Positions 1-9,346 of a DNA stretch of 64,000 nt are shown piece by piece (within the stretch, counting starts at the first letter, position 1; every line of letters starts with the position of its first letter). Source of the stretch: Candidatus Nanohalarchaeota archaeon. Its GTDB lineage: Archaea; Nanohalarchaeota; Nanosalinia; Nanosalinales; Nanosalinaceae. The notes under the pieces were generated by a model, which was given only the letters and a program-made list of their open reading frames with translations, had not been told where the DNA came from and made no database searches. Both the position numbers and the translations under genes were made by a program. Location: the NCBI GenBank assembly GCA_022729235.1, contig JALDAJ010000001.1:864001-928000 (forward strand), given 5' to 3'.

Positions 1-53
1 CCGAGCGTAACCAGTCCTACCAAGGACGTGCTCTACCGCTGAGCCAGCGGGGC
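1..53 (-). tRNA. tRNA-Thr(GGT), 5' exon plus start of a probable 37/38 intron; runs off the window
   Basis: Reverse complement reads GCCCCGC-TG-GCTC AGCGGTA GAGC-A-CGTCC-TT-GGT-A; the following sequence does not continue as a normal 3' half. Confidence 0.85.
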
Positions 54-193
54 AACGGTTGTTGGTCCGCTTCAGAAACTCTGGGTTTCGTCAGCGGGGC
101 GTGTATCTTGTTGATAGGTGGTAAGTTCTTTAAATTCGAAGGTTGTTGTTCAGTGTATCAGAATTTAAGTTTTGCCGTAAGCTGGTTCTCTGC

Positions 194-589
194 ATGACGG
201 ATGAGGGATTCCCGGATAGGGACGAGTTGTGTAGTTTTAATGAGTATCTCTTAGACGGGACTGAGTATCTGGAGGTCGTTGAAAGGTTGGAAAATACTGA
301 GTATGAGCGGGATGAAGTTGCGGAGGCTTTGAATGAACTGGCTGAGGACCCTGAGCTCTTGGAGTTCCTGAATGAGGTTAAAAGAGGGCATAATGATTGG
401 AAGCGTCTGTACGAGATTTACGGTCGCTCTTTTAATGATTACAGGAAGCGTCTGGAGTCATGTGGCATGATAAAGTCGATTGACAAGTGCGGCAGGGAAA
501 GAGATTTTGGGCTGACCTGGCTGTCTCGGAAGTATTTTGAACATCTTCAGAATTTCGATACGGATAGTTTGAGGAGTGCTTCGGATTAG
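194..589 (+). CDS. hypothetical protein, possible C-terminal winged helix
   Basis: Acidic ORF from ATG 194; RKRLESCGMIKS..RDFGLT resembles a wHTH wing. Confidence 0.6.
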   Translation: MTDEGFPDRDELCSFNEYLLDGTEYLEVVERLENTEYERDEVAEALNELAEDPELLEFLNEVKRGHNDWKRLYEIYGRSFNDYRKRLESCGMIKSIDKCGRERDFGLTWLSRKYFEHLQNFDTDSLRSASD

Positions 590-599
590 TTTCTGCTGG

Positions 600-1478
600 T
601 TACATCGCGACCAGTACTATGCCGGCTATCAGTATCAGCGATCCAAGGAGTTTCTGGAGTACGTGGGTTTCCCCGAAGATCTGACCGCCGGCTATTATTG
701 TCAGCGGTATCTGCACCTGGAGTACAGGGATTACCTTGCTTGCCTCCGCAAGTGATAGTGCGGTCAGTATGGATAGGTATGCTCCTGCACCGGCAAGCCC
801 TGCGACGCTGTAGACTATTTTCCGTGATGATAATTCGTTCCTGAATGTCTCGATGTGATCTCCGTTCCTGCCCTGGAGGTAGCCGTTGATAGCTATCGCC
901 ATGGTCAGGAGTATGAAAAACGTGTATACTTTGGGGTCAAGTGTCTGTGTAACGTACCGGTCTGTTACGGCTGCAACCCCGAATACAGCTGCTGATGCGA
1001 GAGACAGCTGTGCGCCTCTGTCTGTTTTCAGGTTGGTGAAGGGTTCCAGGAAGTGAGTCCTGTTTTCCAGGAGGACGATGTAGCTTCCCAGCGTTACAAG
1101 TATTATACCTGAGCCGAGGCTGAGTGTTATGACTTCGTGGAGTATTATAACTCCTAGTACGGCGACGAATACTGGCTGGAGACGGCTTAGAGGCATCGCG
1201 ATTGATAGGTCGGTTTTCTTGAGTCCGTGGTTGAGAGCGAGTATGCCGAATACGTTCGCCAGTCCTGAAAGCAGGATGAAAGGAGCGAACTGTGTTAAGG
1301 TATCAAGGTGTGTTGTGGAGATATAGTAGAGGAAAACGGGTAGGTAGAAAGCTGTGGATATCACGGCGTATATCGATGTGTAGGTTACTGCCGAGGTGTC
1401 CTCCATGACTTCCTTGCTAATCACTGCCACTGCTGCAAAAAGGATAGCTGCGATTAATGCGGTGTAGAACCAGAGCAT
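600..1478 (-). CDS. EamA/DMT family transporter
   Basis: About 10 hydrophobic segments in two repeats; LSRLQPVFVAVLGVIILHE motif. Confidence 0.9.
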   Translation of the reverse strand: MLWFYTALIAAILFAAVAVISKEVMEDTSAVTYTSIYAVISTAFYLPVFLYYISTTHLDTLTQFAPFILLSGLANVFGILALNHGLKKTDLSIAMPLSRLQPVFVAVLGVIILHEVITLSLGSGIILVTLGSYIVLLENRTHFLEPFTNLKTDRGAQLSLASAAVFGVAAVTDRYVTQTLDPKVYTFFILLTMAIAINGYLQGRNGDHIETFRNELSSRKIVYSVAGLAGAGAYLSILTALSLAEASKVIPVLQVQIPLTIIAGGQIFGETHVLQKLLGSLILIAGIVLVAM

Positions 1479-1510
1479 ATGACTTCTCTAGAAACTTGGC
1501 GTTGAAATAC

Positions 1511-1672
1511 TTATCCTGCGAACTGGTCGTTCTTCTTTCTCAGGTGAGGGTAGCCGCATTTCCTGCAGGATGTTTTCTCCGGGTTAGTGGTTCTGTTACG
1601 GGCGTTGCATCTCCTGCAGATGTAGATGTTTCCGAAAACCCTTTCTTCAGCTTCCTCGAATTTCTGGGCCAT
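1511..1672 (-). CDS. rpl40e: 50S ribosomal protein L40e
   Basis: Manual translation MAQKFEEAEERVFGNIYICRRCNARNRTTNPEKTSCRKCGYPHLRKKNDQFAG (53 aa); C4 Zn finger typical of L40e; GGTGA RBS; not in ORF track. Confidence 0.93.
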   Translation of the reverse strand: MAQKFEEAEERVFGNIYICRRCNARNRTTNPEKTSCRKCGYPHLRKKNDQFAG

Positions 1673-1710
1673 TAGATGTTCACCTTAGTTACCGTTGGCG
1701 GACTTTAACT

Positions 1711-2244
1711 TTAAGTAACCTTCAATACTTCTCTCACTGGTTCCAGGTACGGCTCCCGCATCTCCTCTCCGGATTCTTCCAGGTCTTGCAGGGTCCAGTA
1801 CCGTGCTTTTTCAGCATCATCGCCGGCATTAACTCCTCCTTCGACTTCTTCCTTACTTATGAGGTAGACAAGTACCAGGACGTAGCCTCTTCCAGGCTGT
1901 TCTATGAAAACTGTATCGAAAAGCTCTAATTCATCTGGATTAGCCTCAACCGAGGTTTCCTCTTTTAGCTCCCTGGCGGCTCCTTTCTCTGGTTCTTCAT
2001 CCTGCTCCAGGAAACCTGCAGGAATACTCCATTTACCCTTGTCCGGCTCGATTCCGCGTTTTATCAGGAGCGTCTCCTCGTTTCCAGTAACTACCACTCC
2101 TGCCGCAGGTTTGGGGTTCTGCCATATGACTTCTTCACAGGTCTCGCAGTAGAACCGTTTTCTGTCGTCTACGTACTTTGTCGACAGTTCAGAGCTGCAG
2201 AATGGGCAGAACCGCGGGGTTCCAGGACAGGATAGGTTGGTCAT
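1711..2244 (-). CDS. Nudix hydrolase with N-terminal Zn ribbon (ADP-ribose pyrophosphatase-like)
   Basis: FCPFC..CETC plus Nudix box GFLEQDEEPEKGAARELKEETS. Confidence 0.9.
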   Translation of the reverse strand: MTNLSCPGTPRFCPFCSSELSTKYVDDRKRFYCETCEEVIWQNPKPAAGVVVTGNEETLLIKRGIEPDKGKWSIPAGFLEQDEEPEKGAARELKEETSVEANPDELELFDTVFIEQPGRGYVLVLVYLISKEEVEGGVNAGDDAEKARYWTLQDLEESGEEMREPYLEPVREVLKVT

Positions 2245-2358
2245 GAGGGATTTTGAGGGAGTAGTGCTCTAATTTGTTTCTGTTACCTGTGGTGACATGT
2301 ATCATTGTTCGAATATGATGAACAGTATTTAAGGTTTGGTGTTTCTCCCAACCCGGAA

Positions 2359-2958
2359 ATGGCGAAAGAGTCAAGAGAGGTAGATGGAGAGGAAGTTTAC
2401 GGCGAGATAAACCCTGTTCGCGAGTACGAGGGTGTCGATGTCGAGCAGTTTGAGAGGATGACTGGCGCGCCTTACAGGCACTGGAAAATGCAGAGAGGAG
2501 TTCCCCATGATGGATCAAAGAATGAGACGGATAAATACGATATTGGCTTTCACGATATCGAAGATGTCTACCTTCTCGCAGTGCTCGGGAGGGATATGCT
2601 TGAAAGCTACGGCGATTCTGGTTTCGGTGATATCCTCGAGGTTTTTGAGAAGACAGACTTCGACAACCCGTACGATGAGATAGGTCACGAACTCAAGAGA
2701 GACAGGGGAGGGTACACCTTCCTGGACTGGATGGAGGAGGAACCTGTCCAGAGCCTTACAGAAAGCTACGGCTGGAAAACCCCCGGTCATTTCGACCAGA
2801 CAGTTCAACGTCTAGCCACATTTACTAATCATATTGACTCCGCGCTAGATGCTGAAGGTCCTTACAGCGAAGGAGTGCCTGCTGTACACCTTCAATCTTA
2901 CAGGCAGGGCGCACAACGGGCAGAAGAGCTTGTCCGGGAACTTGAAGACTTGGTGTAG
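2359..2958 (+). CDS. hypothetical protein
   Basis: Acidic ORF; likely ATG at 2359; no recognised motif. Confidence 0.65.
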   Translation: MAKESREVDGEEVYGEINPVREYEGVDVEQFERMTGAPYRHWKMQRGVPHDGSKNETDKYDIGFHDIEDVYLLAVLGRDMLESYGDSGFGDILEVFEKTDFDNPYDEIGHELKRDRGGYTFLDWMEEEPVQSLTESYGWKTPGHFDQTVQRLATFTNHIDSALDAEGPYSEGVPAVHLQSYRQGAQRAEELVRELEDLV

Positions 2959-2973
2959 TTGTAGAAACGAAGT

Positions 2974-3031
2974 CGCGGAACACAGCGTTTGAACCCGAAA
3001 CGCTGTTCGAGCACTTTTCGAATACGAAAAG
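2974..3031. repeat. degenerate copy of the tRNA-Asp 3' end plus hairpin-rich spacer
   Basis: 2974-2997 matches 3032-3055 at 19/24; hairpins ACAGCGTTT/AAACGCTGT and CTTTTCG/CGAAAAG. Confidence 0.65.
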
Positions 3032-3136
3032 CGCGGAGCGCGGGATTTGAACCCGCGTCCTCACCGCGCCGCCCATACAACAGACGTTGATATGGTTGAC
3101 AGGGTGAGATGATGGGCCGGACTACACCAGCTCCGC
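3032..3136 (-). tRNA. tRNA-Asp(GTC) with 30-nt intron (3067-3096) at 37/38
   Basis: Acceptor GCGGAGC/GCTCCGC; anticodon stem TCACC/GGTGA; T arm GCGGG-TTCAAAT-CCCGC; BHB with CTGT/GCGG central helix. Confidence 0.95.
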
Positions 3137-3210
3137 GTGAATCTGCAAACTGTAAATCGATATTTAACTGGAATTCTTTTAAACACTTAAGCCTCCAGAG
3201 GTTTGACAGG

Positions 3211-4461
3211 ATGTCAGAAAGATATGTTATAATCGGTGACGGTATCGCAGGAGCCGCGGCTGCAGAGACTATAAGAGAAGAACAGGGATACGCAGAGATC
3301 GCGGTCCTCACTGATGAGTCCGAGCCGCTTTACAACCGAATCATGCTGAAGACGTATATGAAAGGCAAGCTCCCGCTCCAGTACACGCGCGTCCACGATA
3401 AGAGCTGGTATGAGGAGAGAGACATAGAACTTGAGCTTGAGACCCGGGTCGTTGATGTTGATACGGAGGATAATACTGTCAGGACGGAGAGCGGCGACAC
3501 ATATGATTACGATAAACTGCTGGTCGCGACAGGCGGTTCACCGAGAAAGCTGCCGTGTGATGAGGGCTACGACAACGTTCACTACATGTGGACGATGGAC
3601 GACGCCAGGAAGATGCGAGAGGTCGCTGAAGAATCGGAGCGCGCTGTAGTTATCGGCGGAGGTCTTCTTGGAATCGACTTCGCGGTCGTCTTCGCAGAGC
3701 ACGGCGCGGACGTGGACTACCTCATACGCGGTGAGAACTGGTGGAGACGCGGTCTCGATAGAGAGGGTGCGGAGATAATCCACGAGAAGCTGGAGGAGAA
3801 AGGAGTCAACATAGTAACAAATACTGAGGTCGAGGAGTTTGAAACCGAAGATGGTGAGGTCACTGCCGCAGTCAGTAAAGAAGGGAAGCATTTCGAGTGC
3901 GACACTGTCGCGGTTGCTATCGGACAGACACCGAACAGCGACTTCATCAACGTGGAGAAGAACGATAGAGGGATGATCAAGACTGACAAGTACCTCCAGA
4001 CCTCTGAATCTAACATCTATGCGGCGGGAAACATGGTCGAGTACGACTCGCCCGTGTTCGAGCGCAGGCTCTGCAACGGCTCCTGGGACCACAGCGAAGA
4101 GATGGGAGAGACTGCCGCGCTTAACATGGTGGGCGCAGATTTCTCAGACGAGAAATCCTGCTCTGAGCAACAGTCTGGAGAAGACTGGTGCGGGCGAGAT
4201 GAGTTCGACTACGTCAACACCTACGGCGTCGGCCACTTCGATGTACAGTTCCTGGCGATCGGTGACTGGGATGGAGAGCCAGTTTCAAGAGACTATGATG
4301 CAGAGGGACACTACAGAAGGTTATTCTTCCGAGACGATAGACTGGTTGGCGCGGTTATGATAGGGTACACGAGAGGCCAGGAAGAAATCAGGAGGATGAT
4401 ACGGGAGAAGGAGAAGGTCGATGACAGGGAGAAACTTCTGGATAAGGATTATGGGAAGTGA
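3211..4461 (+). CDS. FAD/NAD(P)H-dependent oxidoreductase (ferredoxin/rubredoxin reductase-like)
   Basis: GDGIAG, ATGG, GGGLLG and T..SNIYAAG motifs; start at 3211 because the longer ORF overlaps the tRNA. Confidence 0.92.
   Translation: MSERYVIIGDGIAGAAAAETIREEQGYAEIAVLTDESEPLYNRIMLKTYMKGKLPLQYTRVHDKSWYEERDIELELETRVVDVDTEDNTVRTESGDTYDYDKLLVATGGSPRKLPCDEGYDNVHYMWTMDDARKMREVAEESERAVVIGGGLLGIDFAVVFAEHGADVDYLIRGENWWRRGLDREGAEIIHEKLEEKGVNIVTNTEVEEFETEDGEVTAAVSKEGKHFECDTVAVAIGQTPNSDFINVEKNDRGMIKTDKYLQTSESNIYAAGNMVEYDSPVFERRLCNGSWDHSEEMGETAALNMVGADFSDEKSCSEQQSGEDWCGRDEFDYVNTYGVGHFDVQFLAIGDWDGEPVSRDYDAEGHYRRLFFRDDRLVGAVMIGYTRGQEEIRRMIREKEKVDDREKLLDKDYGK
4127..4200. repeat. three-hairpin palindromic insert, in-frame in the oxidoreductase gene
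   Basis: GATTTCTC/GAGAAATC, TGCTC/GAGCA and CAGTCT/AGACTG hairpins between imperfect direct repeats about 60 nt apart. Confidence 0.65.
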
Positions 4462-4549
4462 AGATTTTTGAACGTAGTAATGATTCTTGTACACGAACAA
4501 AGATGTTGTTACCAATAAGTTAATAAATAATTTGTTGTGGTTATATTGT

Positions 4550-5170
4550 ATGGAACTTTCCTCGCTGGATTCTCGTAAGAAGTATACGGAAGAAGATCTG
4601 ACTACATATTATCATGGCGTCAGCTGTGCCTCATGTATAGAAGGAATTTTAGATGAGGGAGCATTGGTATCCAAGAACAGGGGGGAAAGCATAGGCTATG
4701 ACATTATGGTTACACACCTCCATGAAGACATAATCAGGCACGCTGGCTCGAATATCACGAAAGTTAATCTGAGCGATGCTGAAGCTGTTAAATCCTATGT
4801 AGAAGAGCATAATGAAGAATTAATGGAGGCAGGAACCTGCTATACAAAGTGGCTTATGGATGAGTCTGTAGAGTACGGAAGAGGTTTAGATTTTAAGAAT
4901 GATCTTGTTTGGTTAGCGAGGGTTAAAGAAGAAGCGAATAACTATTCTGCTACAGAAGAAGTATGTAATAAGAGGTCAGGAGGTATTTTCGAGTTATCTC
5001 TACCTGAGGGAGATGTACTGAATATGGGGATAAGAGGAGGAGTTCCTGGCGACGTACCCTTAGAGTTCGCCGATGTACTCTATCTTGAAAACATGAATGA
5101 GGAAGAGGGCGAAGAAATATGGCTGGAGTTCGTAAGCTCCAGATATGATGTGAGGATTAAACGGATTTAG
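4550..5170 (+). CDS. hypothetical protein, possible ADP-ribosyltransferase (ART) fold
   Basis: YYHG..IEGILDEGALVS, VWLA..EANNY, GGIFEL, VPGDVPLEF; AT-richer than neighbours. Confidence 0.5.
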   Translation: MELSSLDSRKKYTEEDLTTYYHGVSCASCIEGILDEGALVSKNRGESIGYDIMVTHLHEDIIRHAGSNITKVNLSDAEAVKSYVEEHNEELMEAGTCYTKWLMDESVEYGRGLDFKNDLVWLARVKEEANNYSATEEVCNKRSGGIFELSLPEGDVLNMGIRGGVPGDVPLEFADVLYLENMNEEEGEEIWLEFVSSRYDVRIKRI

Positions 5171-5174
5171 GAGA

Positions 5175-6161
5175 CTACTCCACTTCATCCAGTGTGTCCA
5201 GTGCTCTTGGACTTACCAGTGCAAGGTCCTGGAAGTCCTTGGTCATTCTGGGGCAGGCGCAGTTGACGTAGATGTCGATTCCGTAACCGCGGTAGTCTGA
5301 TTCGAAGATGCGGTCTTCGACGAATAAGTAGACGTCCTTGCCGTGTTTCTCCAGTTTCTCCTTCGCTATTTCTACGGCGCGCATGTAGTTCTGGCCTTTC
5401 TTCGATGAGGTGATGATTCCCCACTTCTGCTTGTCCTTGTACTTCATGACGCGGGCGATTTCCGCCTTCATCTCGTCGTCCAGTGAGTTCGGTGGCTCGA
5501 CCCAGATATGTTTCTCGTAGGGATCGACCACGTACACCTTCTTGCCGGTCTCCGATACCTGCGAGGGATGGAAGTGTCCCGAGCCGAGGAAGACGAACGC
5601 GTCGACTTTCTCCGCGATGTTGTGCGCGGCGCCTGCGTCGCATCCGAGCACCTGTCCGGGTTCCGAGGTTCGTAGACCTGTCTTACCTTCCACGACATCA
5701 TAACCCTTGTCTTCAAGGAACTCTCTGGCGGGTTCGGCGCGGTCCATGTACTGTGTGACGCCGACAAGCCCGAGTTTATCCCCCTCGATCTCATCGTAAT
5801 GCTCCTCCAGGACACTCATTATATCTCGGTCCTCGCGGTAAGGAAGGTAGTAGACGTCCGCGTCCATCATGTCCGCTCCTTCAGGGTGGAGGAACCGTGT
5901 GTGTCCGATGTGTATGAGTGCGTCCGCGTCCATCCTCTTCGCTTTCTCATCTGCGATACCGCAGGCGCCGAATGTTGATGCGCCGACGATGACCGGTTCT
6001 ATATCATGTTTTCTAAGCCTGTCAGCGTACTCTATAATCTGCGGTTTGATGCCGTCAGGACCCTGTAACCCGATGCGGTTGTAATCCTTTTCTCTGACCT
6101 CTTCCAGGACTTCTTCAAAAGTCTCGTAGTTAAACTTTTCCCGCTCTTTTTGTTCTGGCAT
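5175..6161 (-). CDS. dph2: diphthamide biosynthesis enzyme Dph2
   Basis: GLQGPDG, FGAC, HIGH, GQVLGC, GSGHFH, KKGQ and ACPR motifs with three Fe-S cysteines. Confidence 0.95.
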   Translation of the reverse strand: MPEQKEREKFNYETFEEVLEEVREKDYNRIGLQGPDGIKPQIIEYADRLRKHDIEPVIVGASTFGACGIADEKAKRMDADALIHIGHTRFLHPEGADMMDADVYYLPYREDRDIMSVLEEHYDEIEGDKLGLVGVTQYMDRAEPAREFLEDKGYDVVEGKTGLRTSEPGQVLGCDAGAAHNIAEKVDAFVFLGSGHFHPSQVSETGKKVYVVDPYEKHIWVEPPNSLDDEMKAEIARVMKYKDKQKWGIITSSKKGQNYMRAVEIAKEKLEKHGKDVYLFVEDRIFESDYRGYGIDIYVNCACPRMTKDFQDLALVSPRALDTLDEVE

Positions 6162-6186
6162 ACTGTCTTTATAAGCCGCAAGCTTT

Positions 6187-7704
6187 TTACTTGGAAAGCT
6201 CTCTCAACTGCTTAAGAATAAATCTCCGTTCCTCCCGCTCCACAACTTTCTCCAGCTGCTCCAGGTTTCTTGAGGTTCCGAAGACATCGAAACCTGCGCT
6301 CACTGCCGCGCGGATTATCTCTGGTTCCGGATAGTCGACAAGAAGTATCTTCAGGTCTGCATCAAGATACGTTATCGCCTCTTCAAGCCCTTCTCTTCCA
6401 AGCTTCCTCGCATCGAGCACTGCTTTTTCGCCTTCGAAGCCAAATATTTCGCCGTAGCTGGTTAGATATCCCGAGCTCGGTATGGTGTCTGCTCTAGCGT
6501 TTCTGTCCGTCACTGCGTACCGCGATCTTGAGAACGGAGGTGTCATGTAAATCCCGTTACCGGAGTCTATGGGAAGTACTTCTGATGCTGTTCCAGCGAC
6601 CTTTCCGTGTAGGTCTTCCGGTTCATTGGTCTCTCCTGTTACTGTCACCTGGCGGGGTTCGAGTGATACGTGCTGTCCCTGTTCCAGCTCCTCTCTAAAA
6701 CTGAACACTGCGGGTTTCTCTCTACTCCTGGCGAGCTGTGCATGTGTGGATGTGTAACCTCCTTTTTTCGATATAACAGCTTCAGGATACTTGTCCGGTG
6801 ACACCGTCTCCTCTGAATACGCTATTTCTCTCCCGATCTCTCCTTCTATTTCTCCTTCTGATACTCGTATCCCTTCCAGAGACAGGGATGTTGTTCCGAA
6901 CGGATTCACGTGCCCTGTTTCGGATGCATCGACTACGTAGAAACTTCCCCTCTTGTATACGAACTTCACGTCCACGTTTTCCTGTTCAAGTGACTGGAAG
7001 AGCTGTATGACTTCTTCATCGCTGAACGGCGGTTCAGGTCTAACAGTCTTCTTCTCATGTTTCCCGTTCATGTTATTTCTCTCGACTGCCACCTGTTTCT
7101 CCGGAATCCGTCTTTCTTCAACCCGGTTTCCTACCAGGTACATCGCCGGTGTTGTAACGCCTTCCTCTATAGATGCTCCCAGTCCCTCGACTGTTTCAAG
7201 CAGGCTATAGTTGCCGAAGTAAGATGTGATAGCGGCACCGCTGTATCCTGGCTCCACCATCTGCTGGACTATTACTGCGGGATAATCTTGCTCTGTTTCT
7301 ACCTGGTAATAGGAGGCTATTACTTCTTTTAACGCGTCTTCTAGTCCTGAAGCTCCAACGTTCAACCGGTAGTCGAACACGCCTTCCCTGTCGTCCGATA
7401 CTCTCAAAGACACTCGCTGACCGTTCCGTTGTCCTCCGACCAGGTTTCTCGCTTTCCCGGACGCCTCGCGTACCTCGGAGCTCATACCTATCTCATCGTA
7501 GGCTTTCTCGACTTTTTTCCAGGTACTACCTGAGAACTGTTTGTTGACAACTTCTTCTGATGAATCTGCTTCGCCTATCAGCTCTCTAACATCTGTTCGT
7601 GTTATGGTGAAGAAATTAGGTACATTCAGGCTCTCTACGGAATCCAGTCTCGCGGCTTTTCCGCCTGATTCCTCACGGGTTACCTCTCCTTTCCACTCTA
7701 CCAT
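6187..7704 (-). CDS. shortened, degenerate PEP synthase/pyruvate dikinase-like protein
   Basis: GGKA, VPNFF, AVIVQQMV and GLGA motifs; swivel-domain-like GGYTSTHAQLAR; only 505 aa. Confidence 0.75.
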   Translation of the reverse strand: MVEWKGEVTREESGGKAARLDSVESLNVPNFFTITRTDVRELIGEADSSEEVVNKQFSGSTWKKVEKAYDEIGMSSEVREASGKARNLVGGQRNGQRVSLRVSDDREGVFDYRLNVGASGLEDALKEVIASYYQVETEQDYPAVIVQQMVEPGYSGAAITSYFGNYSLLETVEGLGASIEEGVTTPAMYLVGNRVEERRIPEKQVAVERNNMNGKHEKKTVRPEPPFSDEEVIQLFQSLEQENVDVKFVYKRGSFYVVDASETGHVNPFGTTSLSLEGIRVSEGEIEGEIGREIAYSEETVSPDKYPEAVISKKGGYTSTHAQLARSREKPAVFSFREELEQGQHVSLEPRQVTVTGETNEPEDLHGKVAGTASEVLPIDSGNGIYMTPPFSRSRYAVTDRNARADTIPSSGYLTSYGEIFGFEGEKAVLDARKLGREGLEEAITYLDADLKILLVDYPEPEIIRAAVSAGFDVFGTSRNLEQLEKVVEREERRFILKQLRELSK

Positions 7705-7768
7705 AGTTACAGTATTCTGTTTATTTCCTAATTAAACCCTTCCTCCAATATGATTCTGGGGGAGGAAG

Positions 7769-8185
7769 ATGTCGGAGGCGGAAAAGTGGCCATTGTACCA
7801 GGACGGGAGAGAAAGGTTTCTAGCCCGTATCCTGGGATTAGAGGATGATTTGAACCATTCCCGGTTTTTCATCGAGGCGGTTGACCGTGTACCTATCTGG
7901 CTAGATAATGAAGGTGTTAAAGTATCAACATACCATCCTGACAGTATAAAGAAAGTGATGGAAGGAATTGCCGGGGAGCGAGGGACCGAGGTCGAACTAC
8001 CTGGTGACTGGAATGATTATAAGGCGGATATGGGTGCGGCTCTATCCGGTATTAACGAGTTAACAGATGATGACGCTCTAGAAGAGATATCTACCTATGG
8101 GCGTAACCATAAGCGCTACCGGGGCAATATCGGTAAAGAAGAACTGATGGAGATAAGAGATGATGTTGAAAGGTACTTTCTCTAG
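7769..8185 (+). CDS. hypothetical protein
   Basis: Acidic ORF with GGAGG RBS. Confidence 0.65.
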   Translation: MSEAEKWPLYQDGRERFLARILGLEDDLNHSRFFIEAVDRVPIWLDNEGVKVSTYHPDSIKKVMEGIAGERGTEVELPGDWNDYKADMGAALSGINELTDDDALEEISTYGRNHKRYRGNIGKEELMEIRDDVERYFL

Positions 8186-8188
8186 GTA

Positions 8189-8713
8189 TTACTTATCCAT
8201 CTTGACCCTGAATCCGACAGGCAGCTTCTTTCCAGCCCTGTCAAGCGCCTTCCGTGCCTCTGGAACGTTCTCTTCATCGACTCTTATTCGGAAAATTACC
8301 TGGTCATCGTCAACAAGTGATGCCCTCCCGGTTGGGCGACCGAAAGGCTTTCTCATACCCTCGTAGTACCTGTCTGCGCCCGCGACCCCTGCAAGAGGGT
8401 GGTACCTTAGTACGTGGTGAGGGTAAGGCAGAAGTTTCATGTGGTAGTCTTCTTCCATGTCAAGCTCCTTACTTAGGTAAGAGTTCGCCGCAATCCTTGC
8501 AGCTTCCAGCGCCTCCGATCTGATGGCGCACCCTTCTTCGATGTGTAGAACAACTGCAGTCTCGAAGTCCTTGTTCTTGGCGCCCTGCTCGTACTGTGTA
8601 ATCCTTGGCGCAGGTGCTCCTGTAACATAGTTATCTTTATCGCTGGTCTGGGACTGCCTCGTATAAGGTTGACCGGGCTTGTCCCTGTAGATACGTGCTG
8701 GTCTATCTCCCAT
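8189..8713 (-). CDS. rpl10e: 50S ribosomal protein L10e (uL16)
   Basis: RPARIYR, ALEAARIAAN, YPHHVLR, GADR..GMRKPFGRP, KKLP. Confidence 0.97.
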   Translation of the reverse strand: MGDRPARIYRDKPGQPYTRQSQTSDKDNYVTGAPAPRITQYEQGAKNKDFETAVVLHIEEGCAIRSEALEAARIAANSYLSKELDMEEDYHMKLLPYPHHVLRYHPLAGVAGADRYYEGMRKPFGRPTGRASLVDDDQVIFRIRVDEENVPEARKALDRAGKKLPVGFRVKMDK

Positions 8714-8774
8714 TTTTGATAAACACCTTACAGAGAAGGTCTGACTTAAGTTTTAAATAGGGCTTGGCTATAGT

Positions 8775-9242
8775 CTATCCAAGAATCTCTGCTTGTCTGA
8801 AATCATTTGCATCCAGTGCCTCGGGCAGAGTTACATCTTCCTCGTCCAGTACATCCTGTAAAGTTCTTTCTATTATCGGCATCTCCTCGTTAATTCCGAT
8901 GAATCTCAGTAATGCTTCTTCATAGTCTCTCTGGGCTTCTATCATCGATGCGAAATCAACTACCTGTCTTTCATCCAGTTTTAATTCGTCCTTTGTCTGA
9001 GTGTAATGATGTGGATCTTCTCTATCTGATTTTATTTCTCCGTAAACTAGAGATCTTGCTGAGACATCGTTCATTTGCTGGTAAATTTCATACCCTTCCC
9101 GTAGAGGGTCTAACACCATATCCGTGTCATAATCCTCATCAATAACTTTATTCAGTCCATCATGTATTTCTCTAACATAGCCGTACATCTCATCCTTCAG
9201 GGTAAGCAACTCTCTTGAGAATTCCTTTTCAGGATCAGACAT
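8775..9242 (-). CDS. hypothetical protein
   Basis: Acidic helical ORF; AT-rich. Confidence 0.65.
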   Translation of the reverse strand: MSDPEKEFSRELLTLKDEMYGYVREIHDGLNKVIDEDYDTDMVLDPLREGYEIYQQMNDVSARSLVYGEIKSDREDPHHYTQTKDELKLDERQVVDFASMIEAQRDYEEALLRFIGINEEMPIIERTLQDVLDEEDVTLPEALDANDFRQAEILG

Positions 9243-9346
9243 ACTCCAACAATAGGTTGTTATTTTTAAATAGTAAATCTAGGATCTGTCTTTAGTATGA
9301 CTCAGATAATCTGTTTTCTAGAAAGTAACATTTTGGACTGCATACC

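Noticed and set aside
3109-3210. N-terminal extension of the flavoprotein
   Set aside because: Overlaps tRNA-Asp and its promoter; the Rossmann motif starts after ATG 3211.
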